A stretch of 64,000 bases of DNA from a virus, in the IMG/VR virus record IMGVR_UViG_3300022752_000022, positions 64,001-128,000 of that record; one strand, written 5' to 3'. Shown here piece after piece: positions 1 through 10,093 of the stretch. Below the pieces are notes generated by a model. The model did no database searches, was not told the DNA's origin, and was given only the letters and a program-made list of their open reading frames with translations. Numbering within the stretch: position 1 is the stretch's first letter; every line of letters begins with the position of its first letter. The position numbers and the translations under genes are program-made.

Positions 1-2328
1 CAAAGAAGGCAGCGTTCCGCTAGATTTAAGCGTATGCAGCAAAAATTGCTTCGTACCAGAATGCTTCAAGCGAAACGTGCTGCTGATCCAGAAAGATTAA
101 AACGTAGGGCTGGCAAACTCGCATATCAGTTTTTTAGAAATAGGGCCGCAGGTGGAAAAGATTATGCTTCGTTAAGTGCCGGCGAAAAAATTATGATTGA
201 TACAAGACTGCAAAAAATGGTGCCAGCGATTCGAAAATTTGCTTCAAGACTTGTGCCGCTAGCAAGAAAGAAAGATATTCAGCGTAGACAATCTATGATG
301 ATGCATCGGGCTGAAGAATTAAATCAAATTTTCGCTGAGTGTTTCATTGTAGAAGCAACTAAAGTGCCTCAAGATCCACACATTAAAGGCAAAGAAGGCA
401 CACAACCTAAAGTTTATTACAAAGGCTTAGACAAAGATACAAAAGAAAAACGATTGGCCCATTTCCGTAAATATGGACCAATGTCAGACCGTGATCCAAA
501 TGCGTATGTGGACGCACCAGGAGATAAAGAAGCAAGAGAAAAAGGTATGCCGCAATCTAAGCATACTCAAAAGTATAAGCAGATGTACGGTGAAGCAGTA
601 GCACCACAAGAAAGACAAAAGAACTCAAGATTAGAACAGTTGGTTCGATTAGGTTTAGCAGATGCAAAAATGCTCTCTACAATTAAAAGAGCTGTCGCTA
701 AATTAAACTCAGGTGACACAATGTCACCGCAAGAGCGTGATGCTACAAATAACCTTTTATCAACACTTCTAGATATGGTAACAAGTGCAGATGCTTTGTT
801 TAGAATGACAAAGACGCAACTTCAGAAAGAATCTTATGTAGTAGAAAAAGGCGAATACGACGATTACGAAGAAATTGATGGCCTAGAAATGGCTCAAATT
901 GAAATAGAAAACATCATTCAAGATTCTGAAGATTTGCTTGAAATGATGGATGAAATGGATGAAGAGCCTGAAGCATGGGTGCTATCTAAGATCACTAAAG
1001 CAGCAGATTATATTTCAAGTGTCAGAGACTATCTTCAGTTTGAAGATGATTATGATTATGAGAACGGTGAAGAAGAAGAGGATGACGGTGAGTATGGTAT
1101 GGAAGATGAAATGGAAGTTGAAGACTATCTTGCTTCTATGACACAAGAAGAATTTGAGGATGATGAAGATTTAAGAGCGATTTTTGAAGAAGTTGAAGGC
1201 TTAAAGAAGAAAGCGGAGAAGTCTGGTATTTCTTATAGCATTCTCAAACAAGTGTATAATCGTGGTATGGCTGCATGGCAAACAGGTCATAGACCAGGTA
1301 CAACAGCGCAACAGTGGGCTTTTGCAAGAGTCAATTCGTTTATCACAAAAGGTAAAGGCACATGGGGTGGTGCTGATAGCGATCTAGCAGCAAAAGTTAA
1401 AAAGACAAAAGACACTAACGAAGCATTCTCAAAATTCGCTGAAGCATTAGAATGGGGCACCGATGAATTAAGAAAAGCATATGCTACTGCTACGCCAGGT
1501 CAGTCGCAAGATATACTTATGGCTAAGTATTCAGCAAACTCTGCATTAGATGTGATGAATAATGCTAACACACAAAGACTTTATAAACTTTATAGCGAAG
1601 AACAAGAGTTGCTAGATATCTTTGCTGAAGTCTCGGATGTATCTGAAGCATTCAAATGGCACCAAGAAGAAAGCAAACCACTCCACGAAACAGTGTATCG
1701 TGTTGGTTCAGAAAAATATTTTGAATTCTGGCGTGTAGCAAGACAAATGTATAATGAAGGATTGATGGAGAACATTGATCCAATAGATAAAGCGATTCTT
1801 GAAGAAACGGATTTAGGTGAAATTGTAGAACATGAGGGTGGCTATGTGCCACTTGATTGCCCAATGCTTGAAGAAGGCCTTAACATTTGGAAATATAATC
1901 CTGTGACTGGTTTATGGAGAATTGAACGTGACGTAACTCCAGAAACAAAAGATAAATGGCTTGAAATTTATAGAAAAGATGATCCTAAAGGCAAGTATGT
2001 TGTTTCAGCAAAAAAGCCTTCAAGCAAAGCACACCTAAGAGAAGAAGACGAAAAGAATCCACCACTCAATGAACCAAAACGTGGTGGACCAAAGAAGTTC
2101 TATGTGTACGTTAAAGATCCTAGTACAGGTAATATAAAAAAGGTTACATGGGGCGATACGACAGGATTGTCGGTCAAATTGAATGATCCTGAAGCAAGAA
2201 AGTCATTTGCAGCAAGACATCAATGCTCTATGCAAAAAGATAGAACAAGCGCAGCATATTGGGCTTGCAATACTCCACGATATGCTAAACAACTAGGATT
2301 GTCAGGAGGTGGGGATTTCTACTGGTGA
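1..2328 (+). CDS. Large Glu/Lys-rich probable internal head (virion) polyprotein; 5'-partial
   Basis: The frame is open from base 1 (QRRQRSARFKR-MQQK), so the true start lies upstream of the window. It is a mosaic of small domains separated by acidic ..(L/I)xE.. linkers, as in T4-like prohead-protease substrates. Confidence 0.6.
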   Translation, partial: QRRQRSARFKRMQQKLLRTRMLQAKRAADPERLKRRAGKLAYQFFRNRAAGGKDYASLSAGEKIMIDTRLQKMVPAIRKFASRLVPLARKKDIQRRQSMMMHRAEELNQIFAECFIVEATKVPQDPHIKGKEGTQPKVYYKGLDKDTKEKRLAHFRKYGPMSDRDPNAYVDAPGDKEAREKGMPQSKHTQKYKQMYGEAVAPQERQKNSRLEQLVRLGLADAKMLSTIKRAVAKLNSGDTMSPQERDATNNLLSTLLDMVTSADALFRMTKTQLQKESYVVEKGEYDDYEEIDGLEMAQIEIENIIQDSEDLLEMMDEMDEEPEAWVLSKITKAADYISSVRDYLQFEDDYDYENGEEEEDDGEYGMEDEMEVEDYLASMTQEEFEDDEDLRAIFEEVEGLKKKAEKSGISYSILKQVYNRGMAAWQTGHRPGTTAQQWAFARVNSFITKGKGTWGGADSDLAAKVKKTKDTNEAFSKFAEALEWGTDELRKAYATATPGQSQDILMAKYSANSALDVMNNANTQRLYKLYSEEQELLDIFAEVSDVSEAFKWHQEESKPLHETVYRVGSEKYFEFWRVARQMYNEGLMENIDPIDKAILEETDLGEIVEHEGGYVPLDCPMLEEGLNIWKYNPVTGLWRIERDVTPETKDKWLEIYRKDDPKGKYVVSAKKPSSKAHLREEDEKNPPLNEPKRGGPKKFYVYVKDPSTGNIKKVTWGDTTGLSVKLNDPEARKSFAARHQCSMQKDRTSAAYWACNTPRYAKQLGLSGGGDFYW

Positions 2329-2591
2329 AACCATATAACGATATTTTTCCTTTAGAGAATACATTTATTCGCACATTTTCAGAAAATGTGAACGAAGAGG
2401 AATTGATTTGGCATCGTGATAAAAAGAATAGAGAAATAAAAGTTATGGACGGAATTGGTTGGTTTTTACAATACGACAATCAACTTCCAATTCAAATGAT
2501 CATTGGAAAAACGTATTACATCAAAGCAGAAGAGTATCATAGAATTTTGAGAGGTAAAAACAATTTAATTTTAGAAATAAAGGAGAAATAG
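2325..2591 (+). CDS. Small cupin-like hypothetical protein
   Basis: GTG start overlapping the upstream stop; EELxWHRD...W..Q.DN.LP...YHR pattern. Confidence 0.6.
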   Translation: MKPYNDIFPLENTFIRTFSENVNEEELIWHRDKKNREIKVMDGIGWFLQYDNQLPIQMIIGKTYYIKAEEYHRILRGKNNLILEIKEK

Positions 2592-2593
2592 AA

Positions 2594-5056
2594 ATGAGAG
2601 ACAATGCGAATTTATTTGGTTTGTCTCAGTCGCTTATTGATGCCGTAAAGAAAGTTCAACAAGAAGAGACTGAATATCAAGCTAAAGTAAGAGCACACAT
2701 GGCAAAGAAAGGCATCAAGTCCTTAGGTGACTTGTCGCCTGAAGAAAAGAAAAAATTCTTTAACGATCTAGATGCTGCACACAAAGCAAAGAATGAAGAA
2801 TTTGAATTAAATGAAGTCAAAGTTGGTGATAAGGTCAGTTTTGACCATGAAATGACATCTGCTCCAGGAAAAAAAATTAAGAAGTCTGGAACCGTTCATG
2901 AGATTGACGGTGAAATTGCACATATAAAAGTAAAAGACAAATATGGTGCAATGGTTCATAAGAAAAAAGTTAGTGAACTTCAAAAAGAAGAATTCAGTTT
3001 ATCTGAAGGTATGCTTTCTAAGTTTAAAAAGGCAGACGCTCAAACAAAAACTGATTTCAATAAGTATAACATGAAACCTTATGACGCAGTTTATACTGTG
3101 ACAATGGGCGCTAAAGGTGAACCGAAATATGATTTGACAATTCTCAAGCATGAGAATGGTAAATTCTTAGCAGCACATGGATCAGTTGTTGTGAAGCAAG
3201 AATTTGCTAAAGCGGAAGATGCTGCTAAGTGGCTGATGAATTGGTATGAAGAAAATAAGCGACCCGCAGCAAAGAATGAAGGCGTAGAAGAGTCCACTGG
3301 TGTAACAGATTACAATCCAAAAAGTCAAGGCGGCACACGAAAAGAATTAATCGCAAAGTATCACAAGACTAAGAATCCTAAAGATGCTGAGGCTGCTAGA
3401 AAAGCTGGTGCGACACAAAAAGAACTTCAGAGTGAAGAAGTTGAAATTGAAGAAGGCAAGTCTAGCACAGGTTATGAACTCTATCACAAAGACTTTTCTT
3501 CAGCAATGGCACACGCTTATGACTTTGCAAAGAAAAAATATAACATTGAGATTGATCCTTTTGAGATTGATCGCAAAGTTGCAATGGGTCCTAAGAAGCC
3601 GTCTTCAGGCAAATCAAACGCATATCGCTTGTTAGATAAAACTGGCAAGAAAGCGATTCAAGTACAAGTTGCAAATCTTGACAATCAACGGTATGAATTG
3701 AATATGTACAAAGAGGATTTGGATGAGCAAAAAAATGATCCGCCATTTGATCCAGATCCACCAAAGAAAAAATCGGATGTCGTTCCTGGTAAGCATGGTT
3801 CAGGTCCATCTATGGCTAAACACTTAGCAAAAATGGCACTGAAAAAACAGATGGATAAGAAGAAAGATGTAAAAGAAGATGCTGAACAAGTGGTCGAAAA
3901 AGTTGTCAAAGGCAAGGGATATGATAATCCTGAGAACGAACGCAAGAGTCCTGAAGGCAAAGTGCCCATGACAAGTCTCATGCCTGGCCATAGTGATAAA
4001 GCAGCACGATTCGCAGCAGTTCAAGCAAAAGGTAAACTAGTCAAAGGTAAAGCACAGAGCGCACCACAAAAAGAAGAATTTGATCCATCAGTTTTAGATG
4101 AAGCATTTTCTCCTGCAATGGTCGCAAAACTCAAAGCAGAGTATAGCAAGATTGATCGCATTGATCCATCAAGCAATAGTTATAAGAAATTGATCGCTAT
4201 GCTTGATAAAATGGACATGAAAGACTTAGAAAGTCTTGCTGATGCAGGAATCAAGTTTGTTTCTGGGCTTGCAAAGAATCGTGTAAGTCGTAATGCTATG
4301 AAGCGTGGCGAAGGCAGTAAAGGCAAAAACTATCTCATGTCAAAAAATGAAGAAGTTGAGATTGAAGAATCTGGTGACATGGGTCCAGTAAACAAAGGCA
4401 AAGAAAAACCTGTAATGATGCGTCATAAGACTTCGGGCAAAGAAATTTCTGTTGTTCCATCTGGTGTCAAAGAAAAACAAAAACTTGGCTATGAAGTCGT
4501 TAAAGAAGAAGTAGAACAAATTGATGAAGTCAAAGTCGGTGACACCGTTCACGTTGGCATGGCCAAAAAAGGTGGTGCAGGATTCAAAGGCACCGTCCAT
4601 AAGATTGATGGTGAAAAAGTTCATGTGAAAGTTGGCACAACAAAGTATGGTGACAGAATTGTTGCTGGTCAAATGAAGAACGTTACAAAAGAAGAACTGG
4701 AGATTGACGAAGCAAAAAAAGCTAAGCCTGCCTTCAAGGATGTGAAGAAGGCAGGCGAGGATATGAATGAAGCAGAAGGTAGTGGTACAGCTATACCTTC
4801 AGAAAAACAATCTATAGATCAAAAGAAACGAGCACAAATCGCTATGAAATCAGCCGATTTAAAAATAAAACATGATCGTGAACGTGAAAAATTGAAAAAA
4901 GAGCGTGCTGCTCTAAGAAATGAAATGTTTTCTGAAGCAATGAAAAAAGATAAAAAGAAAGAAGCGTCATCTAAAGATAAACTAAAAAAAGGTGAAGCAT
5001 TAAGTGGTAAAGCGGAGCCAATTGAAGTTTCTCCGGAGATGAATCCAACAAAATGA
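2594..5056 (+). CDS. 820-aa Glu/Lys-rich probable internal head polyprotein
   Basis: AAGGAG RBS; repeated EEFELNE/EEVEIEE/EEVEQIDE/EELEIDE linkers; two related EVKVGD...GTVHxIDGE modules. Confidence 0.6.
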   Translation: MRDNANLFGLSQSLIDAVKKVQQEETEYQAKVRAHMAKKGIKSLGDLSPEEKKKFFNDLDAAHKAKNEEFELNEVKVGDKVSFDHEMTSAPGKKIKKSGTVHEIDGEIAHIKVKDKYGAMVHKKKVSELQKEEFSLSEGMLSKFKKADAQTKTDFNKYNMKPYDAVYTVTMGAKGEPKYDLTILKHENGKFLAAHGSVVVKQEFAKAEDAAKWLMNWYEENKRPAAKNEGVEESTGVTDYNPKSQGGTRKELIAKYHKTKNPKDAEAARKAGATQKELQSEEVEIEEGKSSTGYELYHKDFSSAMAHAYDFAKKKYNIEIDPFEIDRKVAMGPKKPSSGKSNAYRLLDKTGKKAIQVQVANLDNQRYELNMYKEDLDEQKNDPPFDPDPPKKKSDVVPGKHGSGPSMAKHLAKMALKKQMDKKKDVKEDAEQVVEKVVKGKGYDNPENERKSPEGKVPMTSLMPGHSDKAARFAAVQAKGKLVKGKAQSAPQKEEFDPSVLDEAFSPAMVAKLKAEYSKIDRIDPSSNSYKKLIAMLDKMDMKDLESLADAGIKFVSGLAKNRVSRNAMKRGEGSKGKNYLMSKNEEVEIEESGDMGPVNKGKEKPVMMRHKTSGKEISVVPSGVKEKQKLGYEVVKEEVEQIDEVKVGDTVHVGMAKKGGAGFKGTVHKIDGEKVHVKVGTTKYGDRIVAGQMKNVTKEELEIDEAKKAKPAFKDVKKAGEDMNEAEGSGTAIPSEKQSIDQKKRAQIAMKSADLKIKHDREREKLKKERAALRNEMFSEAMKKDKKKEASSKDKLKKGEALSGKAEPIEVSPEMNPTK

Positions 5057-5559
5057 ATCAGTTACCTCAAATCTATTGTGACTTAGATCAAGTTCTAGTC
5101 AATTTTCTAGGTGGTGCAAAAAAGGCTTTGCGTGACGCTGGTATTGAAGCTGAGTTTCACGCAAAGGATCAGCACCTAGAAAAAGATCAGAAATGGGAAA
5201 TACTTAAACAAGTTCCTAAGTTTTGGGCTAATCTAGAACCTATGCCAGATGGAATGACATTATGGAAATTCATTAAAAGATATGATCCTTATATTCTCTC
5301 TACACCTTCAAGAAGAATGCCCACAAGCATACCAGAAAAAAGAGAATGGATAAGAAAGCATTTAGGAAGTGTGAGTAAAATTTATCTTGTTTCTAGAGAA
5401 AAAAAACAAGACTATGCTAAAAATGAAAACGGAGAACCCAATCTACTGATAGATGATTATGCTAAAAATATTGAAGAGTGGGAAGCAAAAGGTGGAATTG
5501 GTATACGACATATAAATAGTCTGAATACGATTTCACAATTAAGAAAATTAGGATTTTAA
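5053..5559 (+). CDS. HAD-superfamily 5'(3')-deoxyribonucleotidase (NT5C-like)
   Basis: IYCDLDQVLVNF motif I, ILSTP, LLIDDYAKNIEEW. Confidence 0.8.
   Translation: MNQLPQIYCDLDQVLVNFLGGAKKALRDAGIEAEFHAKDQHLEKDQKWEILKQVPKFWANLEPMPDGMTLWKFIKRYDPYILSTPSRRMPTSIPEKREWIRKHLGSVSKIYLVSREKKQDYAKNENGEPNLLIDDYAKNIEEWEAKGGIGIRHINSLNTISQLRKLGF
5511..5518 (+). promoter_or_regulatory. T4-type late promoter TATAAATA
   Basis: Exact consensus upstream of the structural gene at 5576. Confidence 0.7.
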
Positions 5560-5575
5560 CAAAAGGGAGAAAATC

Positions 5576-6055
5576 ATGCCTTTATGGGGAACAAGAGATT
5601 CATTCTCAATCACAGGTACGGTAGCAGTAACAAATACAATAAATGATACTTGGGTTGTAGGAACTGGTACAGCATTTACAACAGAAGTTAATATCGGTGA
5701 TACACTTGTAATCGCTGGAATTAGAAGAAAAGTCGTATCAGTTTCAAACAATACATATTTGAATATTGATCCGGTATGGACTGCTGCTAATCAATCTGGC
5801 GCAACAATTACTGGTCAAGACACACCAAAATATTTGTACGCTACAGATGTGAGCGGCAATCTAATTTTTGGTGTTTCGAATGCTGAATCATTCATTGCAA
5901 ATAACAATGCAAACGGCATTTCAACACCAGGTTGGATTCGACACAAAAGATATACCGATATGCATGGTAATGCTAGAAAGAAAACAGAAATTATTGTGGC
6001 AATGACAAATCTTACTAGCGACGCACCGGATGATGATACGGTTCAAGATACTTAA
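5576..6055 (+). CDS. Probable virion structural protein
   Basis: MPLWG start, Thr/Gly-rich beta-strand composition, late promoter and GGGAG RBS. Confidence 0.6.
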   Translation: MPLWGTRDSFSITGTVAVTNTINDTWVVGTGTAFTTEVNIGDTLVIAGIRRKVVSVSNNTYLNIDPVWTAANQSGATITGQDTPKYLYATDVSGNLIFGVSNAESFIANNNANGISTPGWIRHKRYTDMHGNARKKTEIIVAMTNLTSDAPDDDTVQDT

Positions 6056-6128
6056 TTTAATTATTGGCCTGAGTCCCAGGAGTAGCATTCCTCTTCAATG
6101 AGGTTTATAAAATTTAGGAGAAGAAAAA

Positions 6129-6656
6129 ATGGCAGATAAAAAAGTCACACAGTTGACGGCACTTACAGCACCAGCAAATAACGACATATTACTTATTGTT
6201 GATGATCCATCCGGTGCTCCTGTAAGTAAAAAAATTACAATTGAAAATTTGCTAGGAAACACAACAAGACTTACCATAGCATCTGCTAATGTTGCATCAA
6301 ATTCAACATTTACTCTTGCTGCTGAAGATTTTGTATTTGATGCGAATGTAAGCACAACGTTCACACGTGGCTTAGTCATCAATGAAGATGGCGCTGATTC
6401 TGATACAAGAATCGAATCAGACAATTCAGCAAACGCACTTTTTGTTGATGCATCAACTGATAGAGTTGGAGTTTTATGCAATGATCCTAACACCGCTATA
6501 GATATAAATTCCAATTCAATTAGAATTAGAACATCATCTACACCTGCATCCTCATCAGATGCGTGGAAAGCTGGCACAATTAGATGGGATACAAATTACA
6601 TTTATGTTGCAGTTGCAGATGGTACAATCAAAAGGGCGTCTTTGTTGACATTCTAA
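6129..6656 (+). CDS. Short tail-fibre/appendage-like structural protein
   Basis: MADKKVTQLTAL N-terminus and TPASSS..GTIRWDTNYIYV C-terminal motif typical of fibre proteins. Confidence 0.6.
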   Translation: MADKKVTQLTALTAPANNDILLIVDDPSGAPVSKKITIENLLGNTTRLTIASANVASNSTFTLAAEDFVFDANVSTTFTRGLVINEDGADSDTRIESDNSANALFVDASTDRVGVLCNDPNTAIDINSNSIRIRTSSTPASSSDAWKAGTIRWDTNYIYVAVADGTIKRASLLTF

Positions 6657-6661
6657 AATAA

Positions 6662-7021
6662 ATGATCATTGAATTGAATGAAGATACTTTTGATGAATAC
6701 GCAGTAAAAAATTATAGAAATCCTAATTGTACTTCGGTGTTAGAATTTTTAGATGATTTGAAAACTATAAAGTATGTCAAAAGATTAATAAACAAATATG
6801 TCGCACAAAAAGATTTGAAAGAAAGATTGATACTAAATCATATCATATCGTTATCAAATGTTTTTGGTGTAGAAGCTACCGTTAACATGCTTCATTATAA
6901 GATAGAAAAAAGAAATCATCATGTGCTTAATGCGTTTTTTCTTTTTCTTAATTATATTGAAACTGAGGATTTAGAGTTTTTAGATTTAAATTTATATAAC
7001 AGTCTAAAGAAGAAAATTTAA
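6662..7021 (+). CDS. Conserved T4-like hypothetical protein
   Basis: ELNED.F..YA..NY.NP.C...EF.DDL...LKERLILNHII pattern. Confidence 0.65.
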   Translation: MIIELNEDTFDEYAVKNYRNPNCTSVLEFLDDLKTIKYVKRLINKYVAQKDLKERLILNHIISLSNVFGVEATVNMLHYKIEKRNHHVLNAFFLFLNYIETEDLEFLDLNLYNSLKKKI

Positions 7022-7698
7022 TGGCGAATTTAGTAGATTTATATATCGTTTACAGAATATTAAGAAAACTTACCACTCCGTTTGAAGAGTGGGAAGCATA
7101 TAAGCGCAAAATTATTGACATTGAGGGAAACATCATTAAGAAATCTGACGATAGACTTTCTGCTGAAGATAAATATGCATTGACAACTTTAGATGTATTG
7201 ATTTTAAATTTGAAAAAAATTCTTAGTAAATTGCCCTTCGGTAAAACTAAACTTGCGTCATACGGTGCAGCATTGTTTCTAATCAAAGAAGAGAAGAATT
7301 TAACTGAAGACAATTTAGAACAAAGATTTATCACATATCTAAACAGCCAACAACTAAAAGAAGAAATTTCAAATGTTACAGGATCTGGTATTGCTGGTAC
7401 AACAGGAGATCCACCTGTACCATCTAAAGTTATGATGAGAAGATTTGCTAATAATGATGTTTTTGTTGTTGACACGGAACGATATTTAAAAGCGAGATTA
7501 GGTAAAAGAAAATATCTCAAGTATGAAACTTATGTTGGAAATGACGATGTTGGTAATGCGATTCGTGAATTTGGTCGTAAGTATCCGAAGAAACCAATTA
7601 TTCTACAAGACGGTAAAACAGGATCAATGATTTTTCTCAGATATGGTAAGAAGGGTATGTTTAGAGAACAATTTGATCTTGATTTAAGAGGACTATAA
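7021..7698 (+). CDS. Conserved T4-like virion-associated protein
   Basis: DL..VYR.L..LTTPFEEW.AY..IID..G and LASYGAALFLIKE motifs. Confidence 0.65.
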   Translation: MANLVDLYIVYRILRKLTTPFEEWEAYKRKIIDIEGNIIKKSDDRLSAEDKYALTTLDVLILNLKKILSKLPFGKTKLASYGAALFLIKEEKNLTEDNLEQRFITYLNSQQLKEEISNVTGSGIAGTTGDPPVPSKVMMRRFANNDVFVVDTERYLKARLGKRKYLKYETYVGNDDVGNAIREFGRKYPKKPIILQDGKTGSMIFLRYGKKGMFREQFDLDLRGL

Positions 7699-7701
7699 AA
7701 T

Positions 7702-8178
7702 ATGGAACAACTACTCTGGATGCTTAGTTTCGTTCCTGCATGGATCTATCATTTGTTATTAATTTGTGCTATAATGAGCCTTGCAGGTATAAGTTTTCTT
7801 GGAAAACTACCATTTTTCAATCAATATAAATTACCATTTCAAGTTTTGATGGGATTGATTTTAATTTTTAGTATATGGATGGAAGGAGTAATTGCTAATG
7901 AAGAAAAGTGGCAAGCAAAAATAAAAGAGCTTGAGGATAAAGTTATTGTCGCTGAAGCAAAAGGACAAGAAAAAACTGTAGAGATTCAAGAAAAGATTGT
8001 AGAGAAAACGCGAGTTATTAAAGAGAAAGGTCAGGAAGTTATAAAATTTGTAGATCGTGTGATAACAAATAAGGAAGAAGTTGTGAAGTATGTAGAACAC
8101 TGTTCCATACCTAAAGATATCATTGAATTACATAATCAAGCAGTTATGATAAACTCTAAAGAAGGAGAGAAAAAATGA
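7702..8178 (+). CDS. Inner-membrane spanin (Rz-like)
   Basis: N-terminal TM helices, coiled coil, C-terminal C.IP...I..HN.A; overlaps the downstream lipoprotein. Confidence 0.7.
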   Translation: MEQLLWMLSFVPAWIYHLLLICAIMSLAGISFLGKLPFFNQYKLPFQVLMGLILIFSIWMEGVIANEEKWQAKIKELEDKVIVAEAKGQEKTVEIQEKIVEKTRVIKEKGQEVIKFVDRVITNKEEVVKYVEHCSIPKDIIELHNQAVMINSKEGEKK

Positions 8179-8495
8179 AATTTATAATTTTCTCCTTTAT
8201 TGTCATGCTTTCTGGATGTTCTATGTTTAATAAACAACCTGTACCAATTGCGCCAAAATGGCCAGATGCTCCAGCAGAATTAAGAAAAAAATGCGAAACA
8301 TTAAAAACAATTGTTGGTGACAAAGTTACTATAACAGACATGATGAAAGTTATTGTAGAGAACTATACACTTCATTATGAATGTTCAACTAAAGTTGACG
8401 GATGGAATGAGTGGTATGATTCTCAGAAAAAAGTTTACGAAACCATAATACCAGACAAAAAAACTAAGCCTTGGTATAATTTTTGGAGCAAATGA
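8175..8495 (+). CDS. Outer-membrane spanin lipoprotein (Rz1-like)
   Basis: Lipobox MLSGC, Pro-rich PVPIAPKWPDAP, ENY..HYEC...W..WY. Confidence 0.75.
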   Translation: MKFIIFSFIVMLSGCSMFNKQPVPIAPKWPDAPAELRKKCETLKTIVGDKVTITDMMKVIVENYTLHYECSTKVDGWNEWYDSQKKVYETIIPDKKTKPWYNFWSK

Positions 8496-9559
8496 TGAAA
8501 TATAAAACACTTGGATTTATTCTCTCATTCAGTTTATTACTCACGAGCTGTGCAAGCACAGGACCCAGCAATTATCAGCTTTATGCAGAAACGCAAAAAG
8601 CTATAGCACAAGCAAATGCTGTCACTGAAACTGCAAGATATAACGCTCTTTTAGAAATAGCAAAAAATGGAGATAGTGCATCTAAAGTAGCAGCGGTATT
8701 GAGTATTCAAATGGGTAATGGTGGTCAAGGTAGACAGCAACAGCAAGTCGCTGCTCCACCAAGTGCAGGCGATACTGCTCTAAAATGGGCAAGTGTTTTA
8801 CTACCGACATTCACCCAATTGTATGGCATTCATTCAAATAGGGAAATCGCCGTCACACAAAGCAACAATCAAGCGGCCATTGCTCAAAGCACAAATCAAA
8901 CTTTTGCTACAATGAGTTCAAATATGGGTACCAGCAACGCTAATATAGCACAGAATGGCTTCAATGCTATGAATTCTGTTGGCAGTTCACTTGCCACTGT
9001 AGCAACGACAGGATTTAATGCAATGAAAGACACTGCTGCTGTCGGTGCAACAGCTACACAAAATGTAGCTACAGCAGGCTTAACAGCAGCAACAAATTTA
9101 GGTACAGCTGGTATTACTGGTCTAGTTACTTCTGGAGCAAATGGACTTACAGCAGCAACAAATTTAGGTACAGCTGGTATTACTGGTGTAGTTACTTCTG
9201 GAGCAAATGGACTTACAGCAGCAACAAATTTAGGTACAGCTGGTATTACTGGTGTTAATAATACTGCTACAGCGGGCTTGACAGCAGCAACAAATTTAGG
9301 TACAGCTGGTATTACTGGTGTTACTAATACTGCTAATAATGGTTTAACAGCTATATCTGGTATTAATGCTAGCAATAATAATACTTTACAAATTCTAGGC
9401 ACTCAATCCAGCAATAATATTACAACATTAACAACAGCAAATAGGGCAATAATAGAAAATCTCGCAAATAAACTCACAGGAACGAATACGACAACTACCA
9501 CAACCACAACGACAAATACTACTAATACTACTACCACAACAGGTGGAAGCGGTAATTAA
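8495..9559 (+). CDS. Lipoprotein with 22-aa Gly/Ala/Thr tandem repeats
   Basis: Lipobox LLTSC; four GLTAATNLGTAGITG-containing units; poly-Thr tail. Start chosen at MKYK. Confidence 0.65.
   Translation: MKYKTLGFILSFSLLLTSCASTGPSNYQLYAETQKAIAQANAVTETARYNALLEIAKNGDSASKVAAVLSIQMGNGGQGRQQQQVAAPPSAGDTALKWASVLLPTFTQLYGIHSNREIAVTQSNNQAAIAQSTNQTFATMSSNMGTSNANIAQNGFNAMNSVGSSLATVATTGFNAMKDTAAVGATATQNVATAGLTAATNLGTAGITGLVTSGANGLTAATNLGTAGITGVVTSGANGLTAATNLGTAGITGVNNTATAGLTAATNLGTAGITGVTNTANNGLTAISGINASNNNTLQILGTQSSNNITTLTTANRAIIENLANKLTGTNTTTTTTTTTNTTNTTTTTGGSGN
9077..9340 (+). repeat. Four 66-nt tandem repeats (in frame)
   Basis: Units start at 9077, 9143, 9209 and 9275; identical core ACAGCAGCAACAAATTTAGGTACAGCTGGTATTACTGGT. 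Confidence 0.9.
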
Positions 9560-9584
9560 AAAGTAAAATTGCGAGGAGCATGTA

Positions 9585-10019
9585 ATGCCTATGGCAGAAG
9601 ATACAACGCAACTTAAAGTTGACGTAGAGGTTCTCAAAACTCAAATAATCACAATCACACAGCTTTGTGAGAAAATGGATAAGGTGATTGATAGACTTAT
9701 AGAAAATCACGATAAAGTTGTCAATCAAATCTATAACGATATGCGAGACAGAGAAGAAGAAAAAGATAAAGATGTAAAGGAATTGCATCTAAAAATTAAT
9801 GGTGTAACTAAGGATCTTTCAGAAAAAGTTGAACTAACTGAAAGACGGATTATGGATAAAATTGAAGAACTAAAACGTGACATTGCTGACCATAATAAAA
9901 AAGAAGACAATGAACTCAAAAAGATTTTGGAATTCAAATGGATGACAGCAGGTGGTATCATAGCAGTTGCATGGTTACTTTCACATGTGAAATTGGAGGC
10001 TTTATCAAAATTATTTTAA
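9585..10019 (+). CDS. Coiled-coil protein with C-terminal TM helix (holin/XhlA-like)
   Basis: Heptad-rich body, then KWMTAGGIIAVAWLL; lies in the lysis neighbourhood. Confidence 0.5.
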   Translation: MPMAEDTTQLKVDVEVLKTQIITITQLCEKMDKVIDRLIENHDKVVNQIYNDMRDREEEKDKDVKELHLKINGVTKDLSEKVELTERRIMDKIEELKRDIADHNKKEDNELKKILEFKWMTAGGIIAVAWLLSHVKLEALSKLF

Positions 10020-10020
10020 C

Positions 10021-10058
10021 TTGACTTATTTGACTGCTTATACTACAATAAGCAGTCA
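10021..10058 (+). promoter_or_regulatory. Sigma70 promoter of the primase operon, overlapped by an 11-bp hairpin
   Basis: TTGACT-17 nt-TACAAT; inverted repeat TGACTGCTTAT-ACTACA-ATAAGCAGTCA at 10031-10058. Confidence 0.7.
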
Positions 10059-10093
10059 TATTTGATTGTTTTTTATAATGGAATACATTTACT

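Noticed and set aside
6065-6092. Short GC-rich element GGCCTGAGTCCCAGGAGTAGCATTCC before the fibre gene
   Set aside because: Only a 4-bp helix is evident and there is a single copy; not enough support without comparative data.
8896-9402. 168-aa minus-strand repeat ORF
   Set aside because: Mirror of the stop-poor tandem repeats in the + strand lipoprotein.
10048-10058. 11-nt match ATAAGCAGTCA between the primase-promoter hairpin and the interior of RNA cassette 1
   Set aside because: A match of this length is expected by chance in a 64-kb AT-rich window.
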